The notes: generated by a model from the sequence alone, not told the origin. Shown: positions 21,401-34,763, counted from the stretch's first letter. The stretch is 64,000 nt of DNA from Terriglobia bacterium (GCA_965223005.1 CBDCVK010000002.1:1-64000), one strand, 5' to 3'. Numbers and translations are program-made.

Positions 21401-22921
21401 ATGAAGCTCCGGGAACTTCTGCGCGGGATCGAGCCGGTCGAGATTCTCGGGAATACAGAGATTTCAGTCACCGGCCTGCACTATGATTCCCGCCGCATCC
21501 AGCCGGGCCATGTGTTTGCGGCCGTCCGGGGAGAGAAGACGGACGGGAATCAGTTCGTCTCGCAGGCGCTGGAGGGCGGGGCAATCGCCGTGGTCACTGA
21601 AGCGCCTCCGCCAGGCACGCCGTCTTTCACAGGGCGCGCCTGGGTACAGGTAACGGACGCGCGCAAGGCCCTGGCCACAGCAGCAGCCAACTTCTACGGC
21701 CACCCGGCACACGCGCTGGAGTTGGTGGGCGTCACTGGGACCAACGGGAAGACCACTACTTGTTTCCTGCTGGACGCCATCTTTGCTGCGGCGGGCAGGA
21801 AGTCCGGGCTGTTCGGTACCATCGAATACCGGCTCGCCGGACGCAGCCTGCCGGCGCCGAACACGACGCCGGAATCGCTGGACCTGCAAGCCTACCTGGC
21901 CGAACTGCAGGCCATGGGCGCGACACACGCCGCGCTGGAGGTATCCTCGCACGCCCTCGCCATGGACCGTGTCTATGGCTGTCCCTTCCAGGCCGCAGTG
22001 TTCACCAACCTGAGCCGTGACCATCTGGATTTCCACGGTACCCTGGAAGCTTACTTCGCCGAGAAACGGAAGCTGTTCACCGGCTGGGGGGCCCAGCCGC
22101 CAGAGTGGGCTATCTTGAACGTTGACGATCCCCGGTCGGAAGAGCTGCGCGGCTGCGGAAGCGCAAACGTCCTCACCTACGGCCTGGCTGCCGTCGCGCA
22201 AGTGCGGCCGCAAGGAGGAACCTCCGGGCCAAATTCCGGGCGCTTCCTCATGGACAGTCCATGGGGAAAGCTGGAGAGCCGATCGCCCTTGCTGGGACGG
22301 CCCAACGCCTACAACCTGCTGGCCGCAGCCGCCGCGGCACTGGCGTTAGGATTCGGCGTCGAGCAAGTGGAACGCGGGCTGGCGGACCTGCAAGCTGTGC
22401 CGGGGCGCTTCGAGCAGGTGCAATCTGGCCAGCCTTTTCTGGTGCTGGTGGACTACGCCCACACCGACGACGCCCTGCGCAATCTGCTGACCACGGCCCG
22501 CCAATTGACTAACCGGAGTGGCCGCGTCATCACTCTGTTCGGCTGCGGCGGCGACCGTGACCGCACCAAGCGCCCCCTGATGGGACAGGTGGCTGGCTCC
22601 CTCAGCGACTTGGTGGTGCTTACCAGCGACAACCCACGCTCGGAGGAACCGCGCGCCATCATCGCCGACGCACTGGTGGGCCTGGAACAGACTGGCGCGC
22701 GGCACCACACAGAGCCCGACCGCGCCCAAGCCATCAAGCTGGCCCTGCGCGAGGCGCGACCCGGCGACATCGTGCTGCTCGCCGGGAAGGGCCACGAGAC
22801 CTACCAGATCATCGGCGAGCGGGCGTTGCCCTTCGACGACCGCGCCGTTGCCCGCCAGGTCTTGCAACGCCTGGGCTACGAACCGGGCTACGAAATAGAT
22901 GAGGCAGAAAAAATTGACTGA
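21401..22921 (+). CDS. murE: UDP-MurNAc-L-Ala-D-Glu--meso-DAP ligase
   Basis: GVTGTNGKTT, TTPES, EVSSH, DHLDFH, VDYAHT, DNPR, AGKGHE. Confidence 0.97.
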   Translation: MKLRELLRGIEPVEILGNTEISVTGLHYDSRRIQPGHVFAAVRGEKTDGNQFVSQALEGGAIAVVTEAPPPGTPSFTGRAWVQVTDARKALATAAANFYGHPAHALELVGVTGTNGKTTTCFLLDAIFAAAGRKSGLFGTIEYRLAGRSLPAPNTTPESLDLQAYLAELQAMGATHAALEVSSHALAMDRVYGCPFQAAVFTNLSRDHLDFHGTLEAYFAEKRKLFTGWGAQPPEWAILNVDDPRSEELRGCGSANVLTYGLAAVAQVRPQGGTSGPNSGRFLMDSPWGKLESRSPLLGRPNAYNLLAAAAAALALGFGVEQVERGLADLQAVPGRFEQVQSGQPFLVLVDYAHTDDALRNLLTTARQLTNRSGRVITLFGCGGDRDRTKRPLMGQVAGSLSDLVVLTSDNPRSEEPRAIIADALVGLEQTGARHHTEPDRAQAIKLALREARPGDIVLLAGKGHETYQIIGERALPFDDRAVARQVLQRLGYEPGYEIDEAEKID

Positions 22922-23020
22922 CCGGCCGTAGACAGAGTAAGCAGGGACGCGGGCCGCATTGGTCAAACTTGGGGGTCAAACTTGCGGCCCTGTGGGGAGT
23001 GGCGATCTGTCTCCGAGTTG

Positions 23021-23434
23021 CTAAAGTCTGGTTGTTTTACCGGCGACCTGTAAGCGCACGAGCGCCCGCTGCAGCGCCACCATGGCTCGCTTCGCGTCGG
23101 TCTCCGGGTCGGGATGGCTCAGACGCTGCTCGGCTCGCTCCTGCGACGCCCTCGCCCGCGACGCGTCAATCTCTTCCGCCTTCTCGGCCGTGTCGACGAG
23201 CACCTTCGTGTGTTCCGGCAGGACTTCCACCAAGCCTCGTCCGACTACCAGGTGCTGGGTCCGCCCTCCCTGCCGATAGCTGATTTCCCCAGGCCTCAAC
23301 TGGGACAGAAGTGGCGCGTGTCCCGGCAGCACGCCCAGGTAGCCATTGCGGGCGGGAATTTGCGCCTCTTCTACGTCCTCGCGGGCCACCATCCGTTCCG
23401 GGGTGGTGATTTCCAATCGAAATGTTTCAGCCAT
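23021..23434 (-). CDS. atpC: ATP synthase F1 epsilon subunit
   Basis: LEITTPE, GYLGVLPGHAPL; operon position. Confidence 0.95.
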   Translation of the reverse strand: MAETFRLEITTPERMVAREDVEEAQIPARNGYLGVLPGHAPLLSQLRPGEISYRQGGRTQHLVVGRGLVEVLPEHTKVLVDTAEKAEEIDASRARASQERAEQRLSHPDPETDAKRAMVALQRALVRLQVAGKTTRL

Positions 23435-23486
23435 AGGACGGGCTGGCCTCAAGTTTCCGGCGCCAGAACAGAGCGCCCAAACGAAA

Positions 23487-24956
<1,470 letters not shown>

Positions 24957-25859
24957 CTATTCTAAGGCTGCGGCTCCGGAAACCACTTCGATGATTTCCT
25001 TCGTAATGAAGGCCTGGCGAATGCGGTTCATGTTCAGCGTGATCCGCTCGATCATCTCGGCGGCGTTGTTGGTGGCCGAGTCCATGGCGGTCATGCGAGC
25101 AGCATGCTCGGCGGCCGCCGACTCCAGTAGCGACCGGAACACCTGCACCTCCACGTAGCGGGGCAGCAGCTCGCGGTAGATTTCCTCAGGCCGCTGCTCA
25201 TAGATGTAGTCCACTTGGCCGTGGTCCCCTGGCGCTTCGCCCGAGCCGGGCGGAATTGGGTCCAGCGGCAGCAGGCGTTCCACCACCAGACGTTGCGACA
25301 GGATGCTCTTGAATTCGTTGTAGAGGAGATAAATGGCGTCGTACTGCTGGTCGGAATAGCGTCGGCTGACCTCCCCGGCGATCTCCCGTGCGTGAGCGTA
25401 ATCCACCCGGGCGAAGATATTGACGTACTCGGCTTCCAGGTCGCGCCGGCGGCGGAAAAAATCCCGTCCTTTGCGACCGATGGGGATCAGGCCGACCTGC
25501 CGCTCCTGGGCAGCGCGTTCCTCCAGAAACGCCTGCGCGGCCTTGACGACGTTGCTGTTGAAAGCCCCGGCCAAACCCTTGTCGCCGGAGAGCACCAGCA
25601 GCAGCACACGGCGCTCCGGACGCCGGGCCAGCAGCGGGTGAGCAGTGGCGTCCTCTTCGCCGAGCTGCTGGCTGGCCTCCAGCCGTGCCACCACGTTCGC
25701 CAACGTCTGCCGCATCAGCGCGGCATAGGGCCGGGCGCTGAAAACACGCTCTTGGGCCCGGCGCAGCTTGGCCGCCGCAACCATCTTCATGGCTTTGGTG
25801 ATCTGCTGCGTGTTGCGCACGCTCCGCAGGCGCCGCCGGATATCGATTAGCGAGGGCAT
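24957..25859 (-). CDS. atpG: ATP synthase F1 gamma subunit
   Basis: ITKAMKMVAAAK, ARMTAMDSATNNA, ITKEIIEVVSGA. Confidence 0.98.
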   Translation of the reverse strand: MPSLIDIRRRLRSVRNTQQITKAMKMVAAAKLRRAQERVFSARPYAALMRQTLANVVARLEASQQLGEEDATAHPLLARRPERRVLLLVLSGDKGLAGAFNSNVVKAAQAFLEERAAQERQVGLIPIGRKGRDFFRRRRDLEAEYVNIFARVDYAHAREIAGEVSRRYSDQQYDAIYLLYNEFKSILSQRLVVERLLPLDPIPPGSGEAPGDHGQVDYIYEQRPEEIYRELLPRYVEVQVFRSLLESAAAEHAARMTAMDSATNNAAEMIERITLNMNRIRQAFITKEIIEVVSGAAALE

Positions 25860-25862
25860 GGA

Positions 25863-27407
<1,545 letters not shown>

Positions 27408-27440
27408 TCACTGCTTGACGCAGCGCCTCTTGGCGCCGCG

Positions 27441-27986
27441 TTACTCAGAACTCAAGCGTTGGCGAACCTGCCTCAATTGCTCGCGGAGCGAGCCGTCGTA
27501 GATGGTGCTGCCGATGCGGGTCACGGCGCCGCCCAGCAGCTCCGGATCGATCGAGCATCGCATCCGGACCTGCTTGCCGGTCAACCCCCCCAGGGCCTCC
27601 TCGAGCAACTGGCGTTCGTCCGCCGCCAGCTCGACGGCACTGGTTACTTCTGCTCGCACGATGCCCCGCCGCTCGTCCAGCAACGTTTCCAACTTGCCCA
27701 GGACCTCGCCCAGCAGATTCATCCGGCGGTGATCCAGCAGCACCAGCAGGAAATTGCGGCTGGTGCGGGAAAGCTCGAGCGGCGCCGCCAAACGCTCGAT
27801 CAAGGCGCGCTTGCGGGCAGCCGGCACCGCCGGGTTGGCCAGCACCGTTCGCAGCTCCTCGCTGGTTTCCAGAAGCCCGAGGAACTCTCGCAGCCCGGCA
27901 ACCACACCTTCGGGTGCAGCCGGGGCATTGGGGCGCGCCAGCACGTCGGCCAGAGCTCGCGCATATCGGGCGGCTACAGCGGCCAT
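27441..27986 (-). CDS. atpH: ATP synthase delta subunit
   Basis: VAARYARAL, DPELLGG, IYDGSL. Confidence 0.95.
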   Translation of the reverse strand: MAAVAARYARALADVLARPNAPAAPEGVVAGLREFLGLLETSEELRTVLANPAVPAARKRALIERLAAPLELSRTSRNFLLVLLDHRRMNLLGEVLGKLETLLDERRGIVRAEVTSAVELAADERQLLEEALGGLTGKQVRMRCSIDPELLGGAVTRIGSTIYDGSLREQLRQVRQRLSSE

Positions 27987-28028
27987 GAAATCATTTCTCC
28001 TTGTCGTTGCTCAAGAGGCATCGTGGCT

Positions 28029-28142
28029 CTAGCGGCGTGCTGAAAACCCCGCCTGCGTGTCAGGAAAGGCATGGCGGTCGAAAAGCAGATTCCTCGCTTC
28101 GCTCGCAATGACATCGAAGGCAGTTTTTCAGCCCTCTGCTAG
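28029..28142. mobile_element. MITE-like element (IS5/IS1182-like TIRs, CTAG at both ends) carrying a REP-like palindrome
   Basis: CTAGCGGCGTGCTGAAAA ... TTTTCAGCCCTCTGCTAG (15/18 inverted match); internal AGCAGATTCCTCGCTTCGCTCGCAATGACA. Confidence 0.7.
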
Positions 28143-28669
28143 TCCTGCCTGTCGCGCAGGCTTCCTGCGTACTCCCGCAATAGCGCCACCTGCCGCTCCG
28201 GCGTCAGGTGTCCCCGAATCCGTTGCTCCGCCAGTTCCGCTGCCAATCCGGCAACGTAGCTCTTCAGCTCTCCTCTTGCCGACTTGGCCAGGGCCCGCAT
28301 TTCCTGTTCCGCCGCCGCGAGAATTCTTTCGGTTTCGGCACCAGCGACTTCCCGCAGACGCGCCCTCTCGCTCTCGGCCTCGCTGTCAGCAGTCGCCCGC
28401 AGTTCGGCCATCTCCGCTTCCAGGCGCTCCAGGCGGCCTTCGATTTCCTGAAGGCGCTGTGCTGCCTCCTCGCGCGCGCGGCGACCACTTTCCAGGCCTT
28501 CCTGGATCGCCCGGGTACGGCCGGCGAAAAATTCTTTGATCGGCTGACGCAGCAGATAGCCGAGCAGGCCGAAGAAAACCAGGAAATTGACCCACTTCAA
28601 AATGCCCTGGATTGGGCCAGACTCCGACGCGAGGAGAAGGAGCAAGAGTGAGGGAGGAGGCGAGGTCAT
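28139..28669 (-). CDS. atpF: ATP synthase F0 subunit b
   Basis: KWVNFLVFFGLL TM followed by a coiled coil; start at ATG 28669 overlaps the b' stop. Confidence 0.9.
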   Translation of the reverse strand: MTSPPPSLLLLLLASESGPIQGILKWVNFLVFFGLLGYLLRQPIKEFFAGRTRAIQEGLESGRRAREEAAQRLQEIEGRLERLEAEMAELRATADSEAESERARLREVAGAETERILAAAEQEMRALAKSARGELKSYVAGLAAELAEQRIRGHLTPERQVALLREYAGSLRDRQD

Positions 28670-29127
28670 CAACGGGCCGTCTCCGCTCTGGCTCTCAAGA
28701 CTGCCTCGGTGATGGAATCTGCCATTGCGCCGCTCTCCTCGGCCAGCAACGTCCTGGCCCTCTCGACCTCGGTGCGCAGTTCCTCGCGTGCCATCCGCAC
28801 CTGCTCCTCCGCCTGTGCCCGAGCGCGGCGGACATGCTGGGCGCATTCCTCCACGGTTTGTTGGCGCTCCCGCTCCAAAGCGCGGTACATTTCCGCGCGA
28901 GCTTCCCTCAGGGCCTGCTGGTACTCGGCACTCTTGCGGTCGACCAACTCCAGACGCTCCCGGGCAGACTGCATCGCGCCTTCCGTCGCCTGGTGACGCT
29001 GGTGCAGGATCTGTTCCAGCGGGTTGAAGAACATTTTCTTGAGAAATATGTAGAGCAGCAGCACCAACACGAAGGTCGGCACTGCGTTGCGCAACAAGAG
29101 AGCTAGGGCCTCGACGACCTTTTCCAT
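28669..29127 (-). CDS. ATP synthase F0 subunit b'
   Basis: N-terminal TM, FFNPLEQILHQR, coiled coil; first gene of the operon. Confidence 0.88.
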   Translation of the reverse strand: MEKVVEALALLLRNAVPTFVLVLLLYIFLKKMFFNPLEQILHQRHQATEGAMQSARERLELVDRKSAEYQQALREARAEMYRALERERQQTVEECAQHVRRARAQAEEQVRMAREELRTEVERARTLLAEESGAMADSITEAVLRARAETAR

Positions 29128-29265
29128 TGCCCCTCGGCGGTCCCCTGTGGGTGCGACCCAAGCGGGGTCGCCGAACCCACTGAAAACAGGAACGCTAGCA
29201 CAGCGGCCGCGACGTGGTCAACGGCATCGCCCGGATAAAGTCACGTCTCGAGTGAATCGGGCATG

Positions 29266-29404
29266 CTACTCCAAGGCGATGGTGACGGTGTTGGATGTGA
29301 GGCCTCCGGTGGTGAGTACCACTGGGACCACACCGCCCATGGGAGCGTTCGGCGGAACTCGGGGGATTGACAGGAGCGTGGCTAGTATAGGAATCGGAAC
29401 TTTG
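29266..29404 (-). pseudogene. Remnant of a TIGR03437-type (Solibacter C-terminal domain) protein
   Basis: VPPNAPMGGVVPVVLTTGGLTSNTVTIALE*, with no coherent upstream ORF. Confidence 0.6.
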
Positions 29405-29602
29405 TGAGGCGCCTCAACGTGTGGGAGGCTTAAGCGGCTGCACTGCTGCACTCCAGGGCTGAGGCCTGCGAAGCACTCCGGGGCAATTCACCGACCTTAC
29501 TGAACTTTGTTGCAGTGTTGTCTTCTCCCCCTGGTCTTGTAAACTTAAGAGTTCGATAGCGGAAAGGTCGGAGTCGCCGGCCGATTCTTGGGAGGGAGAG
29601 AA

Positions 29603-30535
29603 GTGCTGCTCCGCATCCTGCTCGCGTTGCTTGCGTTCGGCGCGGCTGGTGCCGCGCCGAACCCCGGATGGCCGCTGCGTCCGCCCGTCGGCTTCCAGCC
29701 GGTACCCGTACCGCCCGATAATCCCCTGACGCCGGAAAAAATCGCCCTGGGAGGACGCTTGTTTGCCGACCGCCTGCTGTCTGCCGACAGCACCGTGGCC
29801 TGTGCTAACTGTCACCGGCCCGACTATGGCTTCACGGTGCAGGAACGTTTCGGGCGCGGCATCGGCGGCGTCTCGACGACGCGTCGGCCGCCTACCCTGC
29901 TGAACCGCGCCTACGGCGATTTGCACTTCTGGGACGGCCGGGTGGCTTCGCTGGAAGAGCTGGCCCTGCTGCCGATCCAGCACCCCCAGGAGATGGGACT
30001 GAGCCTGGACGAGATGGAGCGCCGCCTCCGCCGCCATCCGGAATACCCAGGTGAGTTCTTGCGTGTGTTCGGACGGGAAGCAAATGCGGCCGACGTAGCC
30101 CACGCCTTGGCTGCATTCCTACGCTCGCTGCTCTCCGGCCCCAGCGCGCTTGACCGCTTTCTGGATGGCGACGCTACAGCGCTCTCTCCGGCCGCCCAGC
30201 GCGGCTTTGGATTGTTCCGCGGCAAGGCGCGTTGCATCTCCTGCCACTGGGAGCCGAACTTCACCGACGAGCAGTTCCACAACACCGGAATCGCCGCCCG
30301 CCAGCCGGTCTTCGACCGGGGCCGCGGCGGTGGTGCCTTCAAGACCGCTACCTTGCACGAGGTTTCCCGCCGGCCCCCTTACATGCACGACGGCAGCATC
30401 CCAACCCTGGAGAAGGTGATCGAGTTCTACGACGGGGGCGGCGAGCCAAATGCCCAGTTGGATGCTGCCGTTCGACGACTAAATCTGACTCCACAAGAGA
30501 AATCCGACCTGCTGGCCTTCCTCAAGTCGTTGTAG
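29603..30535 (+). CDS. Di-heme cytochrome c peroxidase (CcpA/MauG family)
   Basis: CANCH and CISCH, PPDNPLTPEKIALG, FWDGR, PYMHDGS; GTG start after GGAGGG. Confidence 0.93.
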   Translation: MLLRILLALLAFGAAGAAPNPGWPLRPPVGFQPVPVPPDNPLTPEKIALGGRLFADRLLSADSTVACANCHRPDYGFTVQERFGRGIGGVSTTRRPPTLLNRAYGDLHFWDGRVASLEELALLPIQHPQEMGLSLDEMERRLRRHPEYPGEFLRVFGREANAADVAHALAAFLRSLLSGPSALDRFLDGDATALSPAAQRGFGLFRGKARCISCHWEPNFTDEQFHNTGIAARQPVFDRGRGGGAFKTATLHEVSRRPPYMHDGSIPTLEKVIEFYDGGGEPNAQLDAAVRRLNLTPQEKSDLLAFLKSL

Positions 30536-30578
30536 TGCTGCCCCCCAGCCGCCAAAGCTGGCGGCAAGCCCGACGCGA

Positions 30579-30634
30579 GACCGTCCACTACAGACCGTCC
30601 ACTCCGGACCGGCCGCTACAGACTGGCCGCTACG
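30579..30634. repeat. 14-bp tandem repeat x4
   Basis: GACCGTCCACTACA GACCGTCCACTCCG GACCGGCCGCTACA GACTGGCCGCTACG. Confidence 0.8.
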
Positions 30635-30659
30635 GCTGCGTGTGGTAAACTCGGCTGCC

Positions 30660-30878
30660 ATGTCGAACCCGTTTGGCGGCTTGAACGTCCTGAAGAACTG
30701 GAAAGTTGGGGACACGCGGGAACTGACCTAGAACGAACTCCGCGGCCTGCACGGCACGTCCGCGTATGACTCCTACAGCGGGACTTACCACCTCAATGGT
30801 CTCACCTGGCGCATTGTCGGGCAGATGAGCCGGGCCGACGGCGAGACCGTTCTTACACTTCAGGCAATGGGTGAATAG
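30660..30878 (+). pseudogene. Small hypothetical protein with an in-frame TAG
   Basis: MSNPFGGLNVLKNWKVGDTRELT*NELRGLHG...LTLQAMGE*; TGTGGTAAACT lies just upstream. Confidence 0.5.
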
Positions 30879-30950
30879 CCGGTAGTTTCCTTCCGCTGGT
30901 TTGTCAGGGTTGGCCGGTTTGTCAGGGTCAGGAAAGAGAGGAGTTGCAGC

Positions 30951-32660
30951 ATGAGGAGAGCACTCAGTGTCGTGCTGGTTCAGATCATGGCGAGCTTAGT
31001 CATCGGGAGTACCCCTGCCGCCTTCGCACAACCCAATCCGAAGCCTGGGTCACTTCACCTGACCGTCCTGGATGCTGACTCCGGGCAACCCACTCCTGCC
31101 CGAGTCGAACTGCTCGACAAGCAGGGCGAAGCCTACGTGGCCAGAGATGCTTTACCCGTCGATGGCGACTGCGAACTGTACTACGGTAATTCGCCCCAGG
31201 AAGACCTCTCAGGATGGACATTGGAACGAGCGCTGGCCCTGTTAAAGAAAAAAGTCGACAACCCTTACACTGGAACCACCCAGTTTTACAGCGTCGGGAA
31301 GTCAGTGGTTTCCTTGCCGCCCGGGACCTATAAGCTCAAAGTCTTTAAGGGTGTTGAATACAAGATCCAGGCACGGGAGATTGACGTCCGGCCAGGGAAG
31401 ATCACACAGCTGACGGTGAATATGTCGCGCTGGATCAACATGCCAGAACAAGGCTGGTACAGTGCCGATGACCACATCCACATCGCCCGGCCCGTAAAGG
31501 AACTAGACCCAATTATTTCCAAGATGATGCAAGCGGAAGACCTGCACGTGGGGAATCTCCTGCAGATGGGACTCTCCATACGTTTCAACCGCACCCCTCA
31601 GTATGCCCATGGACCCGACAGCATCTATCAGGAGGGGAATTACATCCTGGCCACAGGACAGGAAAATCCACGCACCGATTTTCGAGGTCACACGATTATC
31701 CTGGGAGCGAGCTCGCCTATCCATTTTCCCAAGAATTACTTGATTTACCGATTGTTCTTTGAAGAGGCGCGGCGTCAGGGAGCACTCAGCGGTTATGCTC
31801 ACTTCGGCGGCGATGAAATTGGTGGTGATTTCGGCCTCGGCATCGATCTGCCTCATGGCCTGTTGAGCTTTATTGAAGTGTTGCAGTGGAATCGAGGAAT
31901 TTACAATTTTTGGTATGACGTTCTGAATGCGGGTTTTCGCATAACACCAACGGCCGGGACAGACTATCCGTGCGCAAGAGCAAATATACCTGGGCGTGAG
32001 CGATTCTATACGAAAGTGGAAGGTCCTTTCACCTACGAGAATTGGTTGGAGGGGGTCCGCAAGGGACACACCTTTGTGACTACCGGGCCAATCCTTGAGT
32101 TTCGAGTCAATGGCAAGGGAATGGGGGAAGAAGTGGTGCTGAGCCGGCGCGGCTCAGTGCAGCTGGAAGGCCGAGTGCGCTTTGATCCGACCTGGGATGA
32201 GGTAGAACATCTTCAGGTCATTGAGAATGGGCAGTTGTTGCGAAGCTTCCCGAGAAAAGTGGGGGCGGCCGAGATCCGGTTTCAGTTTGAACACGATGTT
32301 CAAGAGTCCTCCTGGCTAGCTATTCGAGCTTATGGAAACAAGCTGGGCGAGATAGATCCCATGAGCAACCATATCCAGGGCACCAGGCGCCATACGTCGG
32401 AAGCTCACTCATCTCCGGTTTACTTAACCTTGAAAGGTGGACCTCCTCTCTCGGCCCAACCCCGGGTTAAGGCTGCAGCTCGTGCTTGGCTGGCCCGGCT
32501 GGAAGATTTCGAATCCCGGTTGGCTGAGGATCAGATTGAGAGTTTGGACAGAGAATATATTGGGAACATTGTTGAACTGGACCTCCTCCTCAAGAATCGT
32601 GAGGCCTTGCTGGAGGAAATCCGCAAGGCTAAGGAATACTTCACGCGTTTAGCACAATAG
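30951..32660 (+). CDS. CehA/McbA-family secreted metallohydrolase (PHP-like)
   Basis: GWYSADDHIH, GYAH, WYDVLNAG, AGTD, GHTFVTTGP, AHSSPVY. Confidence 0.85.
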   Translation: MRRALSVVLVQIMASLVIGSTPAAFAQPNPKPGSLHLTVLDADSGQPTPARVELLDKQGEAYVARDALPVDGDCELYYGNSPQEDLSGWTLERALALLKKKVDNPYTGTTQFYSVGKSVVSLPPGTYKLKVFKGVEYKIQAREIDVRPGKITQLTVNMSRWINMPEQGWYSADDHIHIARPVKELDPIISKMMQAEDLHVGNLLQMGLSIRFNRTPQYAHGPDSIYQEGNYILATGQENPRTDFRGHTIILGASSPIHFPKNYLIYRLFFEEARRQGALSGYAHFGGDEIGGDFGLGIDLPHGLLSFIEVLQWNRGIYNFWYDVLNAGFRITPTAGTDYPCARANIPGRERFYTKVEGPFTYENWLEGVRKGHTFVTTGPILEFRVNGKGMGEEVVLSRRGSVQLEGRVRFDPTWDEVEHLQVIENGQLLRSFPRKVGAAEIRFQFEHDVQESSWLAIRAYGNKLGEIDPMSNHIQGTRRHTSEAHSSPVYLTLKGGPPLSAQPRVKAAARAWLARLEDFESRLAEDQIESLDREYIGNIVELDLLLKNREALLEEIRKAKEYFTRLAQ

Positions 32661-32781
32661 GACGTGCTGGACGAATAAAAGGAGTTCAAGCACGCACCCG
32701 CTCGTGTATCTCCCTCATCGGCGCAGGTTCTGACCATACATGATAAAATTGACTCTGGGGATCGGAAGGAGAGATGTTGTA

Positions 32782-33615
32782 ATGAAACTGCGATTTAGTT
32801 TTTGGTCTGTGGCACTGCTGGTTCTTGCGGTATCGGCGGTACGCGCCGACACGCTGCGACTCCGCGACGGGCGCACGATCGAAGGCGATTTTGTGGACGG
32901 TAGCCCTCGCCAGGTCCGGTTCATGGGAAAAGACGGCGCCCTGAAGGTCTATTCCATTACTTAAATCAGGAGTATCGTTTTCGGAGAGGCTCCCGCGCCG
33001 ACCGCCGGCAGACCCGGCGCCCGCCGCCGCTCCTCTGTTGTGCTGCGGCCCTCTCCGCCGACCCAACCCCGGCGACCCTCGGCTTCCGCAGCTCCAAGCT
33101 GGCGCACAGCGGTTTCGCTGCCAGTCGGCACCGTCGTTACCGTCCAGATGATTGATTCCATTGACTCCGACGTGACGCGGGCAGGAGAAAAATTCCTGGC
33201 CAGCCTGGACGACCCGCTGGTGGTAGAGGAGAGGATCGTGGTCGAGCGGGGCGCCGATGTGACCGTGCAGGTGGTTCGCGTCGAGCAATCGGGAAAGTTT
33301 GCCGGCCGGGATGAAGTGGCGCTGAAGCTTTCCGACATCACCATCGGCGGGAACAAATACGCCGTGGCCAGCAGCTATGCCGAGGTGGCCAGTGGGTCCC
33401 GCGGTGAGCGGACCGCCAAAGTCGTCGGAGGCACGGCGGCGTTGGGCGCCATCATTGGTGCCATCGCCGGCGGGGGCAAGGGCGCGGCCATCGGGGCCAC
33501 TGCCGGCGCGGGCGCCGGCACAGCGGTGCAGGCTGCCACCCGCGGCCAGCGCGTCCAGATTCCCTCCGAATCCCGCCTGGACTTTACACTCACTCAACCG
33601 CTCCCGGTGAAGTAG
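32782..33615 (+). pseudogene. Secreted glycine-zipper protein with one in-frame TAA (32962-32964)
   Basis: Signal peptide plus DTLRLRDGRTIEG; the same frame continues to [24 protein letters not shown]...IPSESRLDF. Confidence 0.7.
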
Positions 33616-33677
33616 CGTTGCCCTTTTGGGGCATCAGCGGTGGTGGCGGCGGGCTAAAACGCCTGCCGCTAGAGGGC

Positions 33678-34763
33678 TCAGGGTCGCCCGCTGCGAAGCG
33701 CCTGCTGAACCATTAGCAACTCGCTGACGTTGTCCATCGTCACGACGCCCACCAGTCTGCCGCCTCGGAGGACGGGCAGGGAACGACAGCCGCAGGTTTG
33801 AAGGCGGGCAAAGGCGGACTCCAGCATCTCAAAAGGTCCGGCGGTCTCAAACTGCCGCTGCATTACGTTACCCACTAAAGCGTGAGATCCATGCTGCGTC
33901 AGCCCCTTCAGCATGTCGGCCCGAGTCAGAACCCCCACCAGACGCTCGCTTTCCAACACCGGAAAGTCCTGTTGAAAGCCCGCCAGGACGTGGTCCACAG
34001 CCCGCGATAAAGGCTCATCGGGGGAGAGCGCGCGAAAGTCGGTGATCATAGCTCGGCTGACGGGGATCCCACCCAGGGCGGACCGCATCTGCACCATCGA
34101 CGATTCCTGAGCGGCACCTATCCAGACAAACAGCGCAATGAAAACCAGAAACGGGTTGAAGAACAGGCCCAGGAAGCCAAACAACAAGGCCATGGCCTGC
34201 CCGACGTTGGCGGCAATCTGGGTCGCCTGCACGTAGTCCATCTTCATCGCCAGCAAGGCTCGCAGCACTCGCCCGCCGTCCATCGGGAAGGCGGGTAGCA
34301 GGTTAAAGACCGCCAGCACCACGTTGACCCACATCAGCCGGGCGAGCCAGGAGCCGCCCAGCAGAGTCATCGGCGGCAGCACCGGCGATCCGCCGACGCT
34401 AACGAGAATCACAAACAACCCGGCGGCCAGCGCCACGTTGACCGCGGGACCTGCGAGCGCGACCAGCAGCTCCTGCCCTGGCTCTTCGGGCATCCGCTCC
34501 AACCGCGCAACTCCGCCGATGGGCAGCAGGGTGATGTCGCGCGTTCCGATGCCAAAGCGCCGGGCGGTCAGCGCATGCCCCAACTCATGCAGGACCACGA
34601 TGGCAAACAGCGTGAGGATGAACGCCAACCCACTGGCCGCGGCGGCCAGACTCCGGCCTTGCTGATAGTGAATCAACGCCACCCAAGCCAGCAGCAGCAG
34701 AAAGGTGGCGTGCACGTAGATGCCGATGCCAGCGATTGCACCTAACTTCCATGACCACCGCAT
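33678..34763 (-). CDS. Site-2 protease (M50) with CBS domains
   Basis: HELGH, ALAGP, NLLPAFPMDGGR, C-terminal CBS pair. Confidence 0.95.
   Translation of the reverse strand: MRWSWKLGAIAGIGIYVHATFLLLLAWVALIHYQQGRSLAAAASGLAFILTLFAIVVLHELGHALTARRFGIGTRDITLLPIGGVARLERMPEEPGQELLVALAGPAVNVALAAGLFVILVSVGGSPVLPPMTLLGGSWLARLMWVNVVLAVFNLLPAFPMDGGRVLRALLAMKMDYVQATQIAANVGQAMALLFGFLGLFFNPFLVFIALFVWIGAAQESSMVQMRSALGGIPVSRAMITDFRALSPDEPLSRAVDHVLAGFQQDFPVLESERLVGVLTRADMLKGLTQHGSHALVGNVMQRQFETAGPFEMLESAFARLQTCGCRSLPVLRGGRLVGVVTMDNVSELLMVQQALRSGRP

Noticed and set aside
28139-29161. 340-aa ORF as an atpF fusion
   Set aside because: The upstream part is an off-frame overlap with the b' gene; the real start is ATG 28669.
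30729-30731. Pyrrolysine or recoded TAG
   Set aside because: No pyl genes in the window, and TAG is used as a normal stop by many genes here.
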